From Callorhinchus milii (Eukaryota), in assembly GCF_018977255.1 (NCBI RefSeq), contig NW_024704742.1, positions 71,736,001 through 71,800,000 of the forward strand: a DNA stretch of 64,000 nucleotides, written 5' to 3'. The notes under the pieces were generated by a model. The model was given only the letters and a program-made list of their open reading frames with translations, was not told the DNA's origin and searched no databases. Each line of letters starts with the position of its first letter. The stretch's first letter is position 1. The position numbers and the translations under genes are program-made. This document shows, piece after piece, positions 63,227-64,000 of the stretch.

Positions 63227-63574
63227 CGCTTTTCCAGGGGTAATAATTCCTTCAAAAAAATAATAATTTGGTCAGTCAATCCATGACTGTTTGTGGGACA
63301 CTGCTATGCGCAATTGGCTATCGCCTACTTAAACAACTGCCTCTATTTCATCTTGGCACATGGATTCTCCTCCCGCCCCCGTCCGATCACCTGCGGGGTA
63401 TCCCAGGGTTCCATCTTTGGCCCTCTTCCTTTCCTTATCTATACGCTCCCTCTGGGTGATGCCATCCAGACACGGGGTAAACCTCCACATGTATGCGGAT
63501 GACACATAAAGCTACTTTGCCTCCTCCAGTACCAACTCCAACTCCGCTCAACTGACAACGGTCGTTCTGCTCGT

Positions 63575-64000
63575 TCGGGGAGGGGAAGGGAGTGACTAAT
63601 GGCATGGTCGAAGAGGAGGGGTTTGAGGCGGGACTTGAAGGAGGCTAAGGAGGGGGTGAGGCGGAGTGACTGGGGGATGAAATTCCAGAGGTTGGGGGCA
63701 GAGTGGCTGAAGGCTCTCCTGTCAATGGTGGGGCGGGTGGGTCAGGGGATGTGGAGCAGGCCAGAGCCGGCTGAGTGGAGGGAGCGGGTGGGTTGGTAGG
63801 GGGTAGGAGGTCGCAGAGGTAGGGTGGGGCGAGGCCATGGAGGGCTTTGTGGGTGAGGACCAGGATCTTGAACTGGATCCTCTGAAGGATAGGGAGCCAA
63901 TGGAGTCGGGTGAGAGTGGGGGAGATGGGTCACAGAGTTTGGTGCGGGAGAGGACACGAGCTGCAGAGTTCTGGATTATCTGCAGCCTATGGAGGGAGGA
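63575..64000 (-). mobile_element. L2-clade fragment running off the window end
   Basis: Same 3' region as the 58601-59218 copy. Confidence 0.75.

Overview
Repeat-dense vertebrate genomic DNA, most likely a cartilaginous fish (shark or chimaera; inferred from Deu-domain SINEs, tRNA-derived SINEs with L2-type tails, and CR1/L2 LINEs). Almost all ORFs in the supplied track are repeat or microsatellite artefacts. Recognisable coding exons: EXOC6B exon 1 (minus, 56961-57058, CpG/CRE/GC-box promoter); the last two EXOC6B coding exons (PLUS strand, 17589-17701 and 19003-19135) with a 12-nt in-frame microexon of SRRM3/4-type architecture between them (18669-18680); and sepiapterin reductase (SPR) exons 2 and 3 (minus, 61335-61625 and 60934-61123; exon 3 has a 1-bp homopolymer frameshift). 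The first and last EXOC6B exons converge across a 25-N gap (30715-30739), which is preceded by a 1.3-kb fold-back inverted duplication, so the scaffold is probably mis-oriented here (a real rearrangement is the alternative). The EXOC6B 3' region carries an unusually dense set of DR5/DR2 retinoic-acid response element motifs, plausibly enhancers for the usual downstream neighbour CYP26B1 (not in the window). Also present: a solo LTR splitting a SINE in SPR intron 1, a 1.9-kb (TC)/(TG) satellite and two unclassified dispersed repeat families. Gene identifications rest on my recall of vertebrate protein sequences, not on database searches. Repeat boundaries are approximate.
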